In this document: piece by piece, positions 11,290-25,203 of the stretch
Numbering within the stretch: position 1 is the stretch's first letter
How the letters are laid out: the number at the start of each line of letters is the position of its first letter
Assembly: GCA_965112155.1 (NCBI GenBank)
Contig: OZ218102.1
Reading direction: 5' to 3' (one strand)
From: Podarcis liolepis
Taxonomy: Eukaryota
DNA: 64,000 nucleotides
The notes under the pieces: model-generated
Told to the model about the DNA's origin: nothing
Database searches by the model: none
Seen by the model: the letters and a program-made list of their open reading frames with translations, nothing else
Position numbers and translations under genes: made by a program

Positions 11290-12570
11290 CGTTTCTGAAG
11301 CGAATGGTAACGCTCCTTCTGCCTCGAGCTTCCTTCTCCGTCTAAAAAACCCGATGGGGGGGGGGCAGGCGGCCCGTTGAGTCACGTGACCTCGCTCCGA
11401 AGACGAGGGCAGGGAGGAGAGGCGGCATCTATTTCCATTTGTCTCACATGACCCGCCCCCCTCCAACGGAAGTCCCTCTGCTCCCGAGGATCTATGGTTT
11501 CTTTGTAGGAGGCGCTCCCCGCTGCGTCTATGGTCCTCGCGGGGCCGGACGGGAGGCTGGCGGATCGGCGTGCACATTCCTCCCCCATTACCTCACACTC
11601 GGCGAAGGGGCCGCCGGGATAGTGGAGGACCTGCGCTCTGTGCCGCCTTGCTTCAGCTCCCTGTGTAGCCGGCGGCGAGCCCGGGATTCCTCTTCCGATT
11701 TCGCTGTGCGGTTTCCCCCCTTCCCCTCCCCCCGCCCCCGGGCCGCCTCGTCCTCCCCTGCCCCGCTGGGTCCACTTCTCCGGCTCTCGCCCGCCTCGGC
11801 CCATGGCTCCATGAAGCGCGGGGCAGTCGAGGTGGCGGCGGCGGCGGCGCTGGTGGCGGCGGCGGGGAGGCAAGAGCAGGAGCGGCGGCGGCGGCAGCGC
11901 TGGTGGCGGCGGCGTTGGTTGGGCTGAAACGGCGAACTGGGGAAGGGAGCCGTCTCCGCTCCGGGGAGAGAGAAGGTGGGGGCTCTCACGTCCTCTCCGC
12001 GAAGGAGCCGCGGGGGGGGGGGCTGCTCAGATATTACCCCCCCCGCCCTTGCGGTCTCACCTCACATTCCCCTCAACCCCCTCGGGGGCTTCATCCTCCT
12101 TTGCGCCGTTCTCGCTCCTCCTCTCTTCAGGTCTGGACTCTGGGGCGTCCCTCTTATGTCTCCCCCCTCCCGCATCTTCCTCTTCCTCGCGTCCTGCTCG
12201 GCAGTCGTCCCCCCCCCCCCCTCAGGACCCGCTTTGTTGCTTTCCCCATGCTCGTGCACGGGGCCCTTCAACCTACTTCTTCGCCGAATCCCGGCGTGGT
12301 GCAGCGGCTACAGACCGGGGCTTGGACCCGGTTCAGATTCTCGGTTCACCCGCCTGGGTGGCCTCGGGCAAGCCCGGCTATCCTTGTACATCTGTTTTGA
12401 GGATAAAGGCGACATAATACCTTGTTACGGCGGCGGAAATGCTTATGGAACAGGGCTAGTCACGTCCTCCTCTTGCATTCAGTACAGTCACGTAGGTCGT
12501 CTCTTCGCTCCTAAACAGGTTTACTCAGCTATAAGCTCCGTTTCAGTTCAGTGGGACTTGGCGCCTAGCG
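11290..12570 (+). promoter_or_regulatory. CpG island / AMMECR1L promoter with first exon
   Basis: Very high GC and CpG density; GTCACGTGAC palindrome 11381-11390, GC box, ETS motif ACGGAAGT near 11467; lies upstream of the AMMECR1L coding exons. Confidence 0.85.
11740..11975 (+). other. AMMECR1L: Probable non-coding exon 1 of AMMECR1L containing GGC repeats (start approximate)
   Basis: GGC-repeat leader within the CpG island, ending at a plausible donor AAG|GTGGGG; the TSS cannot be fixed from sequence. Confidence 0.45.
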
Positions 12571-15500
12571 TGTCTTTTAGGATTGCAGGCTGTAGTCTTT
12601 TATATTCGTTTGCCATAAGCTCCTGTGTATTTGTACCATCCTGCTGTGTCCAGCTGGGTTTTTGCTTCCAGATAAGGGAGCGTAGGATTGTGGTCTTAAT
12701 TAGGAAGTAAAGCTCATTGGAATTAGGAAGTAAATTATTTGGAATTAGGAAGTAAAGTGCATTTTGGAATATATGTGCTTGCTCTGATGGTTTTCTGAAA
12801 CTATTTCCATAAGACATTCGACTGCTGGTATTGCCCCCATCGACTACTCTAATAAGTGTGTCTACCCTTTGCTGTGTCTTCCTGTTGCTAATCATTTTAT
12901 CTATGTAATCTGCCTTCTACCGCTATCAGTGCCATCAGCTTTGTATATGTCTGAGTTAAAATAGTGAAAGAGTTGGATCTCATACTTGGAGATGGCTTTA
13001 ACATTTTATTCAGCTTCACCAGAGCAGAGTATCCCTGTTTTATTTTCTCTGCAAGTGTGGCTGATGTGCTAGAGGAGATAATTAGCCATGCTGGTGTATT
13101 CTATCCCAGTGTCTGTGTGGTCTTAAACTAAGTGAGCTAAGATGACAGTACATGTCTGGTGAGGATCATCTGTAGAGGTGCTCCTGGTTATGCCAACATG
13201 CATCCATTTGGAAGTGTATGTTTTCTGTAGTGCCACACTTCTATGAAATTGTCTCTCTCCCCCCCCACCCCGAAATAAGGCACATGCCAACAGTAAAGCA
13301 GTTCTGGCACATGCTGAAAACTTTGCTTATCATGGCATTTGCTGGCTACTGATGCCAGCCATTATAAGATTCTCTAAGGATATTCTTGTCTGTCTGAAAG
13401 TATTTTAATGATTTTGATTGTATGTGTATAATATTTTATATTGTTGTACATATCCTTGGGATGCCTCTGCCAAAGGCAATATATAAATATTTTAATAAAT
13501 AAGGCCCAAGCACCCTGCACCTAATAGTTCTAGGATATTCCTAATGCCTCCTACTTAGTACACTATTTCTTCCTGTATTAGCTCTTTCATTTTGCTTCTT
13601 TCACTATCTTTTATACACTATCCCCCACCCCATAAGGAAATACAGTAGCATTGTCTTTCAGTGGTTTCATAGCAGTAGTTTCTCTGAGTGCCTCTCATAG
13701 TAGGAGTAAGATGGACTTTGGGTCAAGAACAGAAAAGATAGAAAAGCCCACATTTACTTTGTGTCTCATGCACTGTGTTAACCTAGTATGCCTCTTTCCA
13801 TCTATTTCATTAGCAGTGAGGTAGTGCATTTATAAGTCTAGTAGCTGAGCTCTTAATTCAGTGTTTAATTTTGCCTAGATATGATTTTATAGCCCTTTTT
13901 TACTGAATGTTTTTTTCCAGATTTGGGGAACAGGAATGGGCCGTGAGAAAAGAAAATTCATTCCAGATATAAAATAGCTTCCCCTTCCACTTGTCCATCT
14001 CCCCCTTGGCAATACAAGGTTTCTGTAAGTATTATCTCAAGCATAATATGTTGAAACTTATGGCACAATGATGTTGCGAATACTGGTGACTGGTATTACC
14101 AAAAAGCATGGTGAAAGGGGAGAGCTTTACCCACCTTACAACCACCAAGGTTACTGTATTCTTTCTGCACCCCGCCCCAAACCCTAAGCTTGTTTTGTTT
14201 TTTTAAATTGCCACCCAGTGATGCTCAAGGTTAGATAATATCCTATATATTTTGCAGCCCTGTTTCAGTAACAGAGCTCAAACTGAGATGAAATAGGGTG
14301 TTCAACCCAATGATTAGCAAAGCAATAACATTATTTGATGTAATGTTAAAAGAAATCACTGCCTATAAAACCCTTTTTCCATATGCTGAGGTGAGGGCAG
14401 TCAGGTGGGGATAGGATGGCGAGTTAATTGTTGGATAAAAAAAGAACTGAATAGATGGTTCATTGTTAAATTGTTTCTTTTTGCTGGCATTTACAAAATG
14501 TTAGCATCTGAAATACACCAGCCAGTTTCATCTAGATTTGCTTTCTGACCATTTGCACATAGGGAATAATAATTTTCTTATAAAATCCCTTGCCAACATC
14601 GTACATTCTCTGCATGCTTTGGATTGACTTCTGAATAAATGCGCCTAGGTTTGTGTTGCATACAGAAGTCAGTTCTGGCCAGCATGCTAACTAGGCCATT
14701 GACACAGGTGCAGCCACAATTGTAGAATTCTCCCTCCTTTTTCATAGCCGTTGTATAACCTTCCATTTATAACTAACACTTTTCAGCCCCAAACCAATAC
14801 AAGGGCATTAGTTTCAACATTCTCTTTATGTAAAGAAGACTGAGGCCTACACTCAACAGAGAAAATTGTCCTGTTCAGTTTTTAATTTGAATTTAAGATC
14901 GTGACATGCAAGAAAGTTCAAAATCTAAGGCTGAAGGTCTCATTTCTATCTGTAATCTGTGTTTTGTTAGAGGAATCCTTGATCAAACTCCTTGGTGGTT
15001 ATTTGTATTTCAGTGATAATGGGCAAATTGCACTAATTCCTAAGAAAGGGTGGCAGCAGTAGACCTGCATATGGGAATGTCCAAGAAAGGAAGACTCACC
15101 CTCTTGACTCTACCAGGCTAATAACTAGCATAGGAGAGGTGACTAGCATACTGCCTTCTTCCTCCAAAGTATTTATGACAGTGGGAGCTTTCACCTACTC
15201 GTTTTGCCCTAGTATACCTGTCTCCTGCTGGTAGGTGTAGGGGCTATCACTGCTGATCCGACTTTCCCAAGACAGGTGTGAGCAAGGGATGGATAGAAAG
15301 AATAACCTCTTAAGTTATAAGATTGCACATCTAGAAGATAGTGAAATGGCTGCAGCTTTTGTTCTAGCAAAAGGCCAAGTCTGTTAAACTGAATATTTTC
15401 AATATCTGGAAGACTTCACAGTTCCCTGTGCCTTAGGCCTTCTTGGACATAGTATTTTGCAAGTGAACTGAAACCCTAGGTTGAAAGCAAACTAAAATTG

Positions 15501-16015
15501 CAAGCATACAATGAGCACTTTGTAGCACTGTGGCTGTTCAACCAATTGTGTGTGATGATGTCACTGAGCACATCTGGAATGTTTTTCTTGGGTTTATCCA
15601 GCAGCATTCTGCCTTAATGCAAAGATAGTCCAGGTTGAGGACTACTCTCCATTCCTATTGCTGTATGAGGTACTAAAACACGCAAATGGTCTGCAGTTAC
15701 ATTTAACTATTGGATCACATGTTGCTCATGCAAACTTCACGGTAATGTTCCTTTTCATAAATAAAGTCTACATGACCTTTGTAAAAAATGTCTTCATAAC
15801 TGTGCACATCGGTCTGCTTTCTATTTAGTTTTCCAGTCTTGTGCAATCATATGTGAGCTTTCTTATGGAACTCGGGTTTTTAATGTGAGAGGTGTATTTT
15901 TCTTACTGTGGAAAAAATACATCCTTATAATTTGCTTTTCTTTTAGTATAATGCTATGTGTTGCATATTGTGTGTTTTGCCAGGGTTCTACAGTACTCCA
16001 GACAGCAAGTGCTGA

Positions 16016-16428
<413 letters not shown>

Positions 16429-19400
16429 GTGAGTAAATCCATGGGCATGGGAGGGAAACTGAAAATTCATCATCCAAAGTTCTTATGTTGTAGGGCTATT
16501 TGGAACACAGGTAAACTGTTAAGAAGGAATCTGCAGTGCTGTTTTGATGTTTGTAGGATGACATAAAATTTGAAATGAAACTGTTTTAAATGGTGGAAGC
16601 ATAGGTAGATTGATCCATATTAGGCAAACATTTAAAATGGGCATGCGCATCCTACGGGGCGCATATTCAAGCACTGGATTTTACAGGGCCTTTGACATTG
16701 TAGCACTCTCAGTAACTAAAGAAGGTTAAGGGATTGGGAGCAGGCCAAAGGATATAATGCTCCTTTGCCTCTCCAATGCAAATTCCCCAGCCAAAGCAAG
16801 CCTTATGGTAAAGGTTTATCATGACACCCATCTTATCCATAGTTAATGCTACTCCACAGTCGGTATTAACCAGACTTGAGATCAGAGGGGTCTGTTTTCC
16901 ACCCTTAAAAGAACTGAGAAGGGTAGTGTTTTATACTGAAGTCTGATACTTTGTAGCTGTGTTATATATACTTTACAATATCAATATCAAATTCAATATC
17001 TTCCTTTGTTGCAATTAGAATCTTCACGTTTGCAGAGCATAATTTGTAAGTGGCTCCATTATAACATGACATATTCTTTATTGTTGAGAAAAGTTGCATT
17101 TGGTGTAAAGGTTATAATTGGGAAACTAGGAAGCAGGAAAACAGCTTTTAGAAGAGGTTTGAAGTGAAATTGAATGAGGAGGTAGCCTTGCTTAGTGTGG
17201 CATAGGTTATGCAGTGCATTATATACCTTATACTTATTATATACCTTATATTTATTAAATGGCAGCTCTTTAAGAATATTATGAAGAAGATTGGAATTTG
17301 CTCCCCTAGAACTCCATTCCGATTTTTGCTCTAACTTCTTGTTTGAGTGATGTGAATATTGTGAGTCTCCAACAGAAAAAATATGTGGCTGCCTGCTAGA
17401 GCCAAGAGTGAAGCAGATATTTCAAAAGTAGCATGGCTGTTCCCGCATTTGGATCCTGTCCTTAAAAAGATAACTCGTGTCTTCTTAGCACTTCTTAGCT
17501 TAGATTGTGTTTTTCAAATATTTAGATCATTTGCCTCTAATGCAGATTTCACTGGAATTTTGTTGAACCATGACATGATTATTTTTTTGGTAAAGAGTAT
17601 TTGCCCCACATAGCTGTCTTTTAAAACAAAAACAAAACCGTGCTTCCCAGCCATAGGCCAGCCACCACTGGCTCTTCATGATCAGGGTTGGTCTTGACTC
17701 ATGGTCTGAAATCTTCTATGTATTGAGAGTTAAATGACTTTAAGGGATCCAAAATTCACCCCCCCCAAAAAAAAAAAAATCAGAAGCTTGATAACTTGAG
17801 ATGTGACCAATATATTTGCTGGGGAAATAGTGATTAATCACTTTTCCTGCATTATTTTCTCTACAGACAGATTGGTCCAGTCTAGACAATTATATATTGG
17901 GTTAATAAGCAAAGATATGCCCAAAAATTTTACCCACGCATGCAACTTGCCCTTTATGGTGTACCTGAACACAAAGTGGGTATCATCAGTTAACCATTTT
18001 TTCTCATTTTGTCTGAACTGTAAAACTATGATTACCAAGTCAGGAACAAGCCAGAAAATCAAACTGTTGTTGGCAGTTGGTTTAAGATCTTGGCTTGTTC
18101 TGAACCTGGTTGTGGGAGTTTCCAGTTGGAAGAGATGGACACTGTTGCTAATTGAAGACTTGTACCTTGCATTCAGAAACACCAAGGAAGGAAGTGGCTG
18201 CTTGCATTGGTACCAGCTTTATTTATATCTTGGTTTATTAAGCCAAGATATGATCATCTGAATACAGCTAAAAATAGAAATATATATTTCTGAAGGTGAT
18301 CATTGAAACCCAGCATTATCACAGTAACATCACATTATATCACATCTGCAGGCATATCAGAATGAGTGTCTTTGCCTGTGCTTTCTGTGGTACAAATCTG
18401 GATAAACTGGCTAGAAAAATCATATTATCCTAGGTTCCTATAATCTGGAAGCTAGTGTTGAAAACACATCTTCCCCATTCAGGAGCAGTATCAAAAGTTT
18501 GCTGCACATTCATAGGAATTTGAGTTTAATTTTTATAGCCATACTGTAGTAGTATGTTGAAATTATGGGTGTTGGAGGAGAGAGAAAGTCAGCGAGTAAA
18601 AGTCCAGAGTTTTTGATTAGACTAAACAAGCCTTTTTTCAGCCCTAGAATTTGGAGTTTTTCTTGAGAGTGAGAAATCTGTTGTTTAAGCCATCCCTTGA
18701 TCTTGGTTCCCCTGATTTGCCCTCCCTTCTCTTCCAGAGATTTGTGCCTGTGGAATTAGCACAGGAACAGAAAGTGGATGTGGTCATTCTATCTTTAGTA
18801 TTCATTTTTTTATGTGTGCAGCCTAGCTGTACACACTCAGACCCCTGTTGAGAGGGAAACAAAACTTTGGAATAGTTTATCAAATAGCAACACAAGACCA
18901 CAAAGGGGCATCCCGAGGAAGTGGCATCTTAAAGATCAGAAGTTACCACCAGGTGGGTAACAGTGCTTCTTACCAGCTAATCTGTGCTCTTATCTGTCAA
19001 AGTTTGGAGCAGTTAACTCAAGATCAATCAAAAGGATTACTAAAATTTTCACACCCTCTCCCTAGAACTGTCCAATGTACAGTCTTCTGATAACAACATG
19101 CTTGGAAGCAAAGTGACAATCCATCCATGACCCTTATGGTGCTTTTAGAGCTTCTTTGAAGTGGGTTAGTCACTTCTAGACTGCTGATCAATGGAACCTG
19201 ATCTGATCTCGTCTATCCAGAAATTAGTATGCACCAGCTGTGCACTCTTGTCATTTCTTTTGTTTTTCATGTAGTTTTGATGTGTGTAATATATCAAGAA
19301 GGCTGACTGAATGCTGGGCTAATCATCTCCCCAGTAGTGGGAATCTGAATACAGCAGCCAAGTTAAACAGTCTGCCCAAGGACATGCCAGCAGAGAGTGA

Positions 19401-20804
19401 TATGCTTCTGCTGTGTCAGACTGTGTGTGTTGTTTTCTGTTTTAAAGGCCAAAGACTCTTAACACAGAATGCCTTCCCCAACCAAGTGACCTCCAGATGT
19501 TTTGAGCTACAACTCCCATCATCCCTTACCATTGATCATGCAGGCTGGGGCTGATAGAAATCCTGGAAGGCACCAGGTTGGTGAAGGATAGCCAATAATC
19601 TCATGTGCAGTGTGATAATGAACTGGCAACCCTGATTGCCTCTCTTATTTGTGTGCGCAGTTGGTCTCTACATAAGGCTGTATGGAGTCAACTACATAGA
19701 GTTCGACTTCTCCCTCTAAGATGAAAAAGCATGCATCACGTGGAGGGAGATAGCAGTACATATTTCAGCTTTCTTCAGCTTGGTATCCTCTAGATATGTT
19801 GGATTAAAACTCCCATTATCCTTACAATCGGGCATGCTAGCTGTGACTGATGGGAAATATACCCCAACAACATCAGGAGGGCACTGGGTTTGGGAAGGCA
19901 AGTTTATTACTCAGGTGCTCTCCTGGGGAACATTGCTGGTTGCAAGAGGTGGCATATTAAGGTTTCATTTTAGTCACAAATATTTAGAACTTGAAATAAC
20001 CTCCTGAATATTTGTGACTTAGGAGAAGCTTGTCTTTTCAGCACTTGGTAAAGCTGTACTGTGCTGGAAATTGCATTTCTTTAATACATCTCTCTATTTG
20101 TCCAACCTAAATAACCAGATGATGCCTCCTAGATCGTAGTATCTGTGATGATTTAGTAGTACTTGGGTCCAGGAGAATCCTACACATTTAAATAAAACAT
20201 TTTACCAATTGTGTCATTATTACTTGACTTCAAAAGTCAGACCTGTTCCCTGTGTGGCTTTGTTTTTTGCATTAAAAAACAAGTGTTGAATCAATTTGTT
20301 TGATGAAGAGTCATGGATCCAGTTTCAGATTTCTAAGTATAGGCGTGGCAGATTTGTTTGTATGAAGTTTATGTTCCAGGGTAATACCTGAACTTACAGT
20401 AGTATAATTTATTAGGCCAGTCGAAATATCCCAAAGGTAGTGTTCAAGCTTTCAGGTTCACCAGATCTCTTTCAGGCTGGATATTAAGTCAAAAGGGAGG
20501 GGGGAAGATGTTGATGATTGTGATGAGAGAGCTCATGTCTGCAACTGAACATTTAAGATGGAATAGAGAAGATCCTAAATACACTTACTGAGGAGTAAAT
20601 TCCATTTAACTTAGTGGGGGTTTACTCCTCATGGAATCAGTTAGCGTTTTGAGATTTTATTTATTATTAAATTTTCCGCAGTGCTTTTATCGTTGCAAGT
20701 GCATCTCTGTCACTGGAGGAGCCAAAACTGGATGGTGGTATGGGAGGATAGGAGTGGTGTCAAATTCTAAACACCCCCTGTACCTACTATAGGTACATCA
20801 GCCT

Positions 20805-20875
20805 GGCATCCTACGTTGCAGGGGCTTGGCCTAGATGACCCTTGAGGTGCCTTCCAACTCTACAATTCCATGATT
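20805..20875 (+). mobile_element. CR1 3' end fragment
   Basis: GCAGGGGCTTGGCCTAGATGACCCTTGAGGTGCCTTCCAACTCTACAATTCCATGATT. Confidence 0.7.
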
Positions 20876-22384
20876 ACACCAACAAAAGAGGTGCAAGTCA
20901 TAACTCAGTTATCCCATTAAGCTCAATGGAGACCAAGAAGCTACCCTACTCTGCCCTGGCATAGTATAGGATTCAAACTAAGTTTGGATTTAGTCACAGC
21001 ACATCCCTACCAACATCTAACTCCCAAACATTCAGATGATAGCATTTGCTGCATGGAGCTGTACGGCTTTTGTTCCAGCATTAAGGGGGAACTTTGGCTA
21101 TGGGAACTATGTAGAAAAAGCACCTGACATAAAAGAAAGGGAGCACTTGTCACGAACATCTTGGACTCAGAACACATTGCCGATACTTGTTGTCTTAGAA
21201 CCCATACAGGTATATCGCCTCAGGACACAAGCAGCCAACAACACCTCTCATCTGTAGCCAAGGATGCAAGAACAAAGCACCTTGAAGAGGTAAGCAAGGG
21301 GAAAGGGGAATCTTTTCAAAGTGTAACTGGTGCGACCTTGCTATATCTTGGTTAAACTATATTGGTGGAAAGATCCTTTTTCTCGTCATACCTAGAAACA
21401 CCTTTACAAAGAAGCACAAGGCTAAGCATGTAGAATGGGGTGCCATGGTGGCCATGAAACCCCCATATGTAAGAAAACTATAAATGAAGGACAGACCCTA
21501 ACCATTAACACATGCTCATGATTCTTTTTGTCATACAGGATCGTGACAGCCTGGACACATGGAGCAGGACGAATGCAGTACCCAGAGTTCTGTTGTAACT
21601 CCCTAAAAGAGAGGTAGGTATTGTCTCAGTTTCTACACTTTCTCACCCAACAGAGGGAGGGAGGTTAAGGCTAAGGGTATTGGATGAGCACCTAGGTGAT
21701 AGCACTCACTCAAATCACCTCCTCACAAACACCTATTACACATAAAGCTCCAGAGACTATGCTGACTATTACTTTAGTGCTCTCCTTTTGTCTCTTCGAT
21801 TTTCCAGGTGCAGAGAACAGGACACATTCCACCCCCAATGCCATGCAGATCTCAAGTGAAGCCTAAAGCGAGACCAGCAGTTGCGACAATTGTGATTCTA
21901 GCCATATATATCAATCCAGCTACCTTGTAGAAAAGCGAGATTTTGTATATTGAAATATCTGATACTGTGCAATAAAAGTTTCCATTTGTAGCAACAGATG
22001 TTTTTGTTTTTTGTCAGTGTGGATGGCACTAATCCCATCCGCCAGTTCTCACTGGTAGGCATAAGATGGGAACTCTGACCTGGAAAGGGTTGGCTTATTA
22101 TTAGAGCTCAGGGTCTGTAATGGCTCAAATGAAGGTAGTGGGTAGGCTCCTCAGAGTTTGCAAATGGCCTGATTACTACAGTAAGTGAAGCAGTCAGTTG
22201 GCACTGAGGGCAAAATGCATGATGAGGTCTGGTACAATAAACAGCTGCTAGCTAATTATGCCGATCAATTCAGCATTTTCCCTGATTGGATGACACAGCA
22301 CTTACTCAGGTGTACCAGTCTGAACATCTCCCAACAGTGACTGCTGAGAGGCTATATCAGTGGCTTGAATCTGGAACTCCTTGC

Positions 22385-22560
22385 GTGCCTGAGCAGTAGA
22401 GCATTGGAGTTGCATGCAGAAGGTTTTTGGGGTCTCCAGGTAGAGCTGGGGAAGACTCCCTGCCTGAAATCCTAAAGAGCTGTTGCCAGTCATTATAGAC
22501 AATAATGAGCTTGGCGGATCAATGTTCTGACATGTTATAAGATAGCTTCCTATGTTCCTT
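22385..22560 (+). mobile_element. Squamate SINE (Squam2-like) fragment
   Basis: GGAAGACTCCCTGCCTGAAATCC..AGAGCTGTTGCCAGTC..TAGACAATAATGAGCT...AGCTTCCTATGTTCCT tail; family assigned from memory. Confidence 0.6.
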
Positions 22561-24214
22561 CAGCTTTTCCACAGGGCATGGGTTCCTTATGTAGTCCATA
22601 GGCTTCTGATATAAATGGATTCTAATTCTGTCTATTCCTCGCTCTTGCATCTGACATGACTGAGAAAGGCCAGGCATATTGACTACCCCAGTATGAACAG
22701 TCCATCAGCCTTGCTTAGCCCATACACGAAGCACTTCCATTTCATCTTAAATCTGTTTAAACTAGACAAGCTTTTTCATCTTGCTTTCTTTCTCATACAT
22801 GCACACACTCTTTGGTTGTTATTTGCTTAATATCCATCCTGGAGAAAACATCTGGTGAACTAAAAAACTGGCTTGGTACTTTGTTGTCTTTCAGTTGTTC
22901 CTCACAAATATATTACACTGTTGTTGAATTTGGTTCTTTCAACACAAACATGTTTTTTGTCAGCATTGTACGCTAGGTTATTTTAAAAACAAGGAATACT
23001 ATAATTGAAATGTATTTTTTAAGATAACATTATTTTGATTACATTTCTGTCCACACTGAGTAGGATTTTGTTCCATTAAATTGTTAGTGGGATGTAACAT
23101 AGGGTTTACCTGCTAATTTTTTAATTCTAGAAATATCCAGATTTTTATCCATTCTGTACCCCATTTTATTTTTTTTGGCATATCACAATTCTTGCAACTT
23201 GTTCAGATTCAACTACAAAGCTGAATCCGCTCAAGAGATTTGCAAGTTCATTTGGAGAACCAGGTCTGATCTTAGGATCTGTTGCTCTTTTCTGGTGCAC
23301 ACACAACACTCAGGTATAGTTTGTTTAATGAACCACAAGTCTCATAGGTCAAACAAATCATGACTAGTTTCTCCAAAGTTTGTTCTCCCCCTCCCCCCAT
23401 CTGCTCTTTCTGTCATGCCTTTGTAGCCTGGTGAGGATTTGTGGTGCGGTGATTTGTGTGTGGGGGTTCACACACATCACCAAGCCATAATTAATACAAA
23501 TCAAGGTTTATATGCCAATAAAAAATACAGCTTTGAATCACTGTTGGCAGTAAACAAACCATGGTTAAGCTGCTAGCCAGGGTTCACACATAATGCTAGG
23601 TTATGGTTTAATAAACCATGGTTTAGCATTACGTGCAAACCAGCCTACTGAAAATTTCTCAAATGCCTTAGTAGCCCAAAGCAAAAAAAAATCATTTTCC
23701 CCAACCACAGTGCCAATCCTGATATGCCAATCACAGTTCTCATCTGGGGCAAATAACAGCTGTGGAAAGGGGTGATTGGATTGGGACCATAGCAGGGGAA
23801 GTGTATACTTATAATTGAATCAGAAAAAAATGGATGTACTTTTTTTAGTTTTATTCTGATTTGTTCTTTCATTGTGGCCCATCATATATTCTTTTAGCCT
23901 CCATATGAGATTCCACTTGAAATCCTGCTTATACTGCTTTATAAGTTCTACTCAGTGGTTTGTGGCTGGAGCAGTAACTGAGTTAGGCAGAGTTACGATT
24001 TGCTCTCTGATGTCATCCTGCGCACTGCCTGCATGTGACTTAAGTACTTTCAGAATTGCAGAATTGAGGCAGGGAATACTGTGGTCTTTTAGTATAAGCT
24101 TTATATGCAAAATAGGGAACGTTATTGGTACTGTGGTTAGCACTTGAGGTCAGAGAACGTCACCTCCAATTTTGTATGCATTGGGGAAAGAGAGATATGA
24201 AAATTCTAGAAGAG

Positions 24215-24341
24215 ATTTGAAAGTGTACCTATCTACCTACCTGCAACCCAGGATAACACTTCATGTATCTGATAGTGGACTGTAGTCTGTGAAAGTTTTA
24301 TGACATAATATGTTTGTTAGTCTTTAAGGTGCCACAAGATT
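24215..24341 (+). mobile_element. Penelope-like element terminal fragment with decayed hammerhead motif
   Basis: CTGATA-GTGGAC-TGTA-GTCTGT-GAAA followed by TGTTAGTCTTTAAGGTGCCACAAGA. Confidence 0.55.
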
Positions 24342-24849
24342 ATTTCTTGAATTATCCTCGTTGAGATAACATGGGAGCTGCATCCCAACACTTGTGACTT
24401 AATTATTTACTGTATTTTTACTGGTGCGATCTGTATCTATTCAGAGCAACCTTTATTAAGCTGAAATACAAAATACTCAAATAAAACAGCAGAGGGCATA
24501 GCTCTCAAAAAGTACTGCCTTTGGAAAGAAGACAAAGATAAGAAAACCGAACATTTCAGAGTTCAAAGATGACTACAGTAAAGGCCTTGTCCTAAAAGCA
24601 GATTTGTCCCAAGACTACTAGAAACCAGATCAAAATGAATCCAGATAATCAGCTTCATCCAGGAGTCACTAGAGTTATCTATCCCCTACCCAACCATGTT
24701 CCCCCCAAAAGACAAATTTGAGACATATGCTAGTTGTGTAAGAATAAAAAATAATGTTTATTATAGAGAGGCCTCACAGCCACCTTCAGTGTAGCTAGTA
24801 AGGTCTTCCACATTTGTTGACAAAGATTAATTTGTAATAAAATTAGGTG

Positions 24850-25203
<354 letters not shown>

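Noticed and set aside
12581-12706. Possible second non-coding exon of AMMECR1L
   Set aside because: A plausible acceptor exists (tgtcttttag), but no donor can be chosen with confidence from sequence alone.
11254-12710. Many long overlapping ORFs (up to 244 aa) on both strands
   Set aside because: Expected by-product of a GC-rich CpG island with few stop codons; low-complexity Pro/Arg/Gly translations with no recognisable domain.
17803-18261. 152-aa (+) and 115-aa (-) ORFs in an AMMECR1L intron
   Set aside because: No recognisable homology, alternative start codons, no supporting splice structure.
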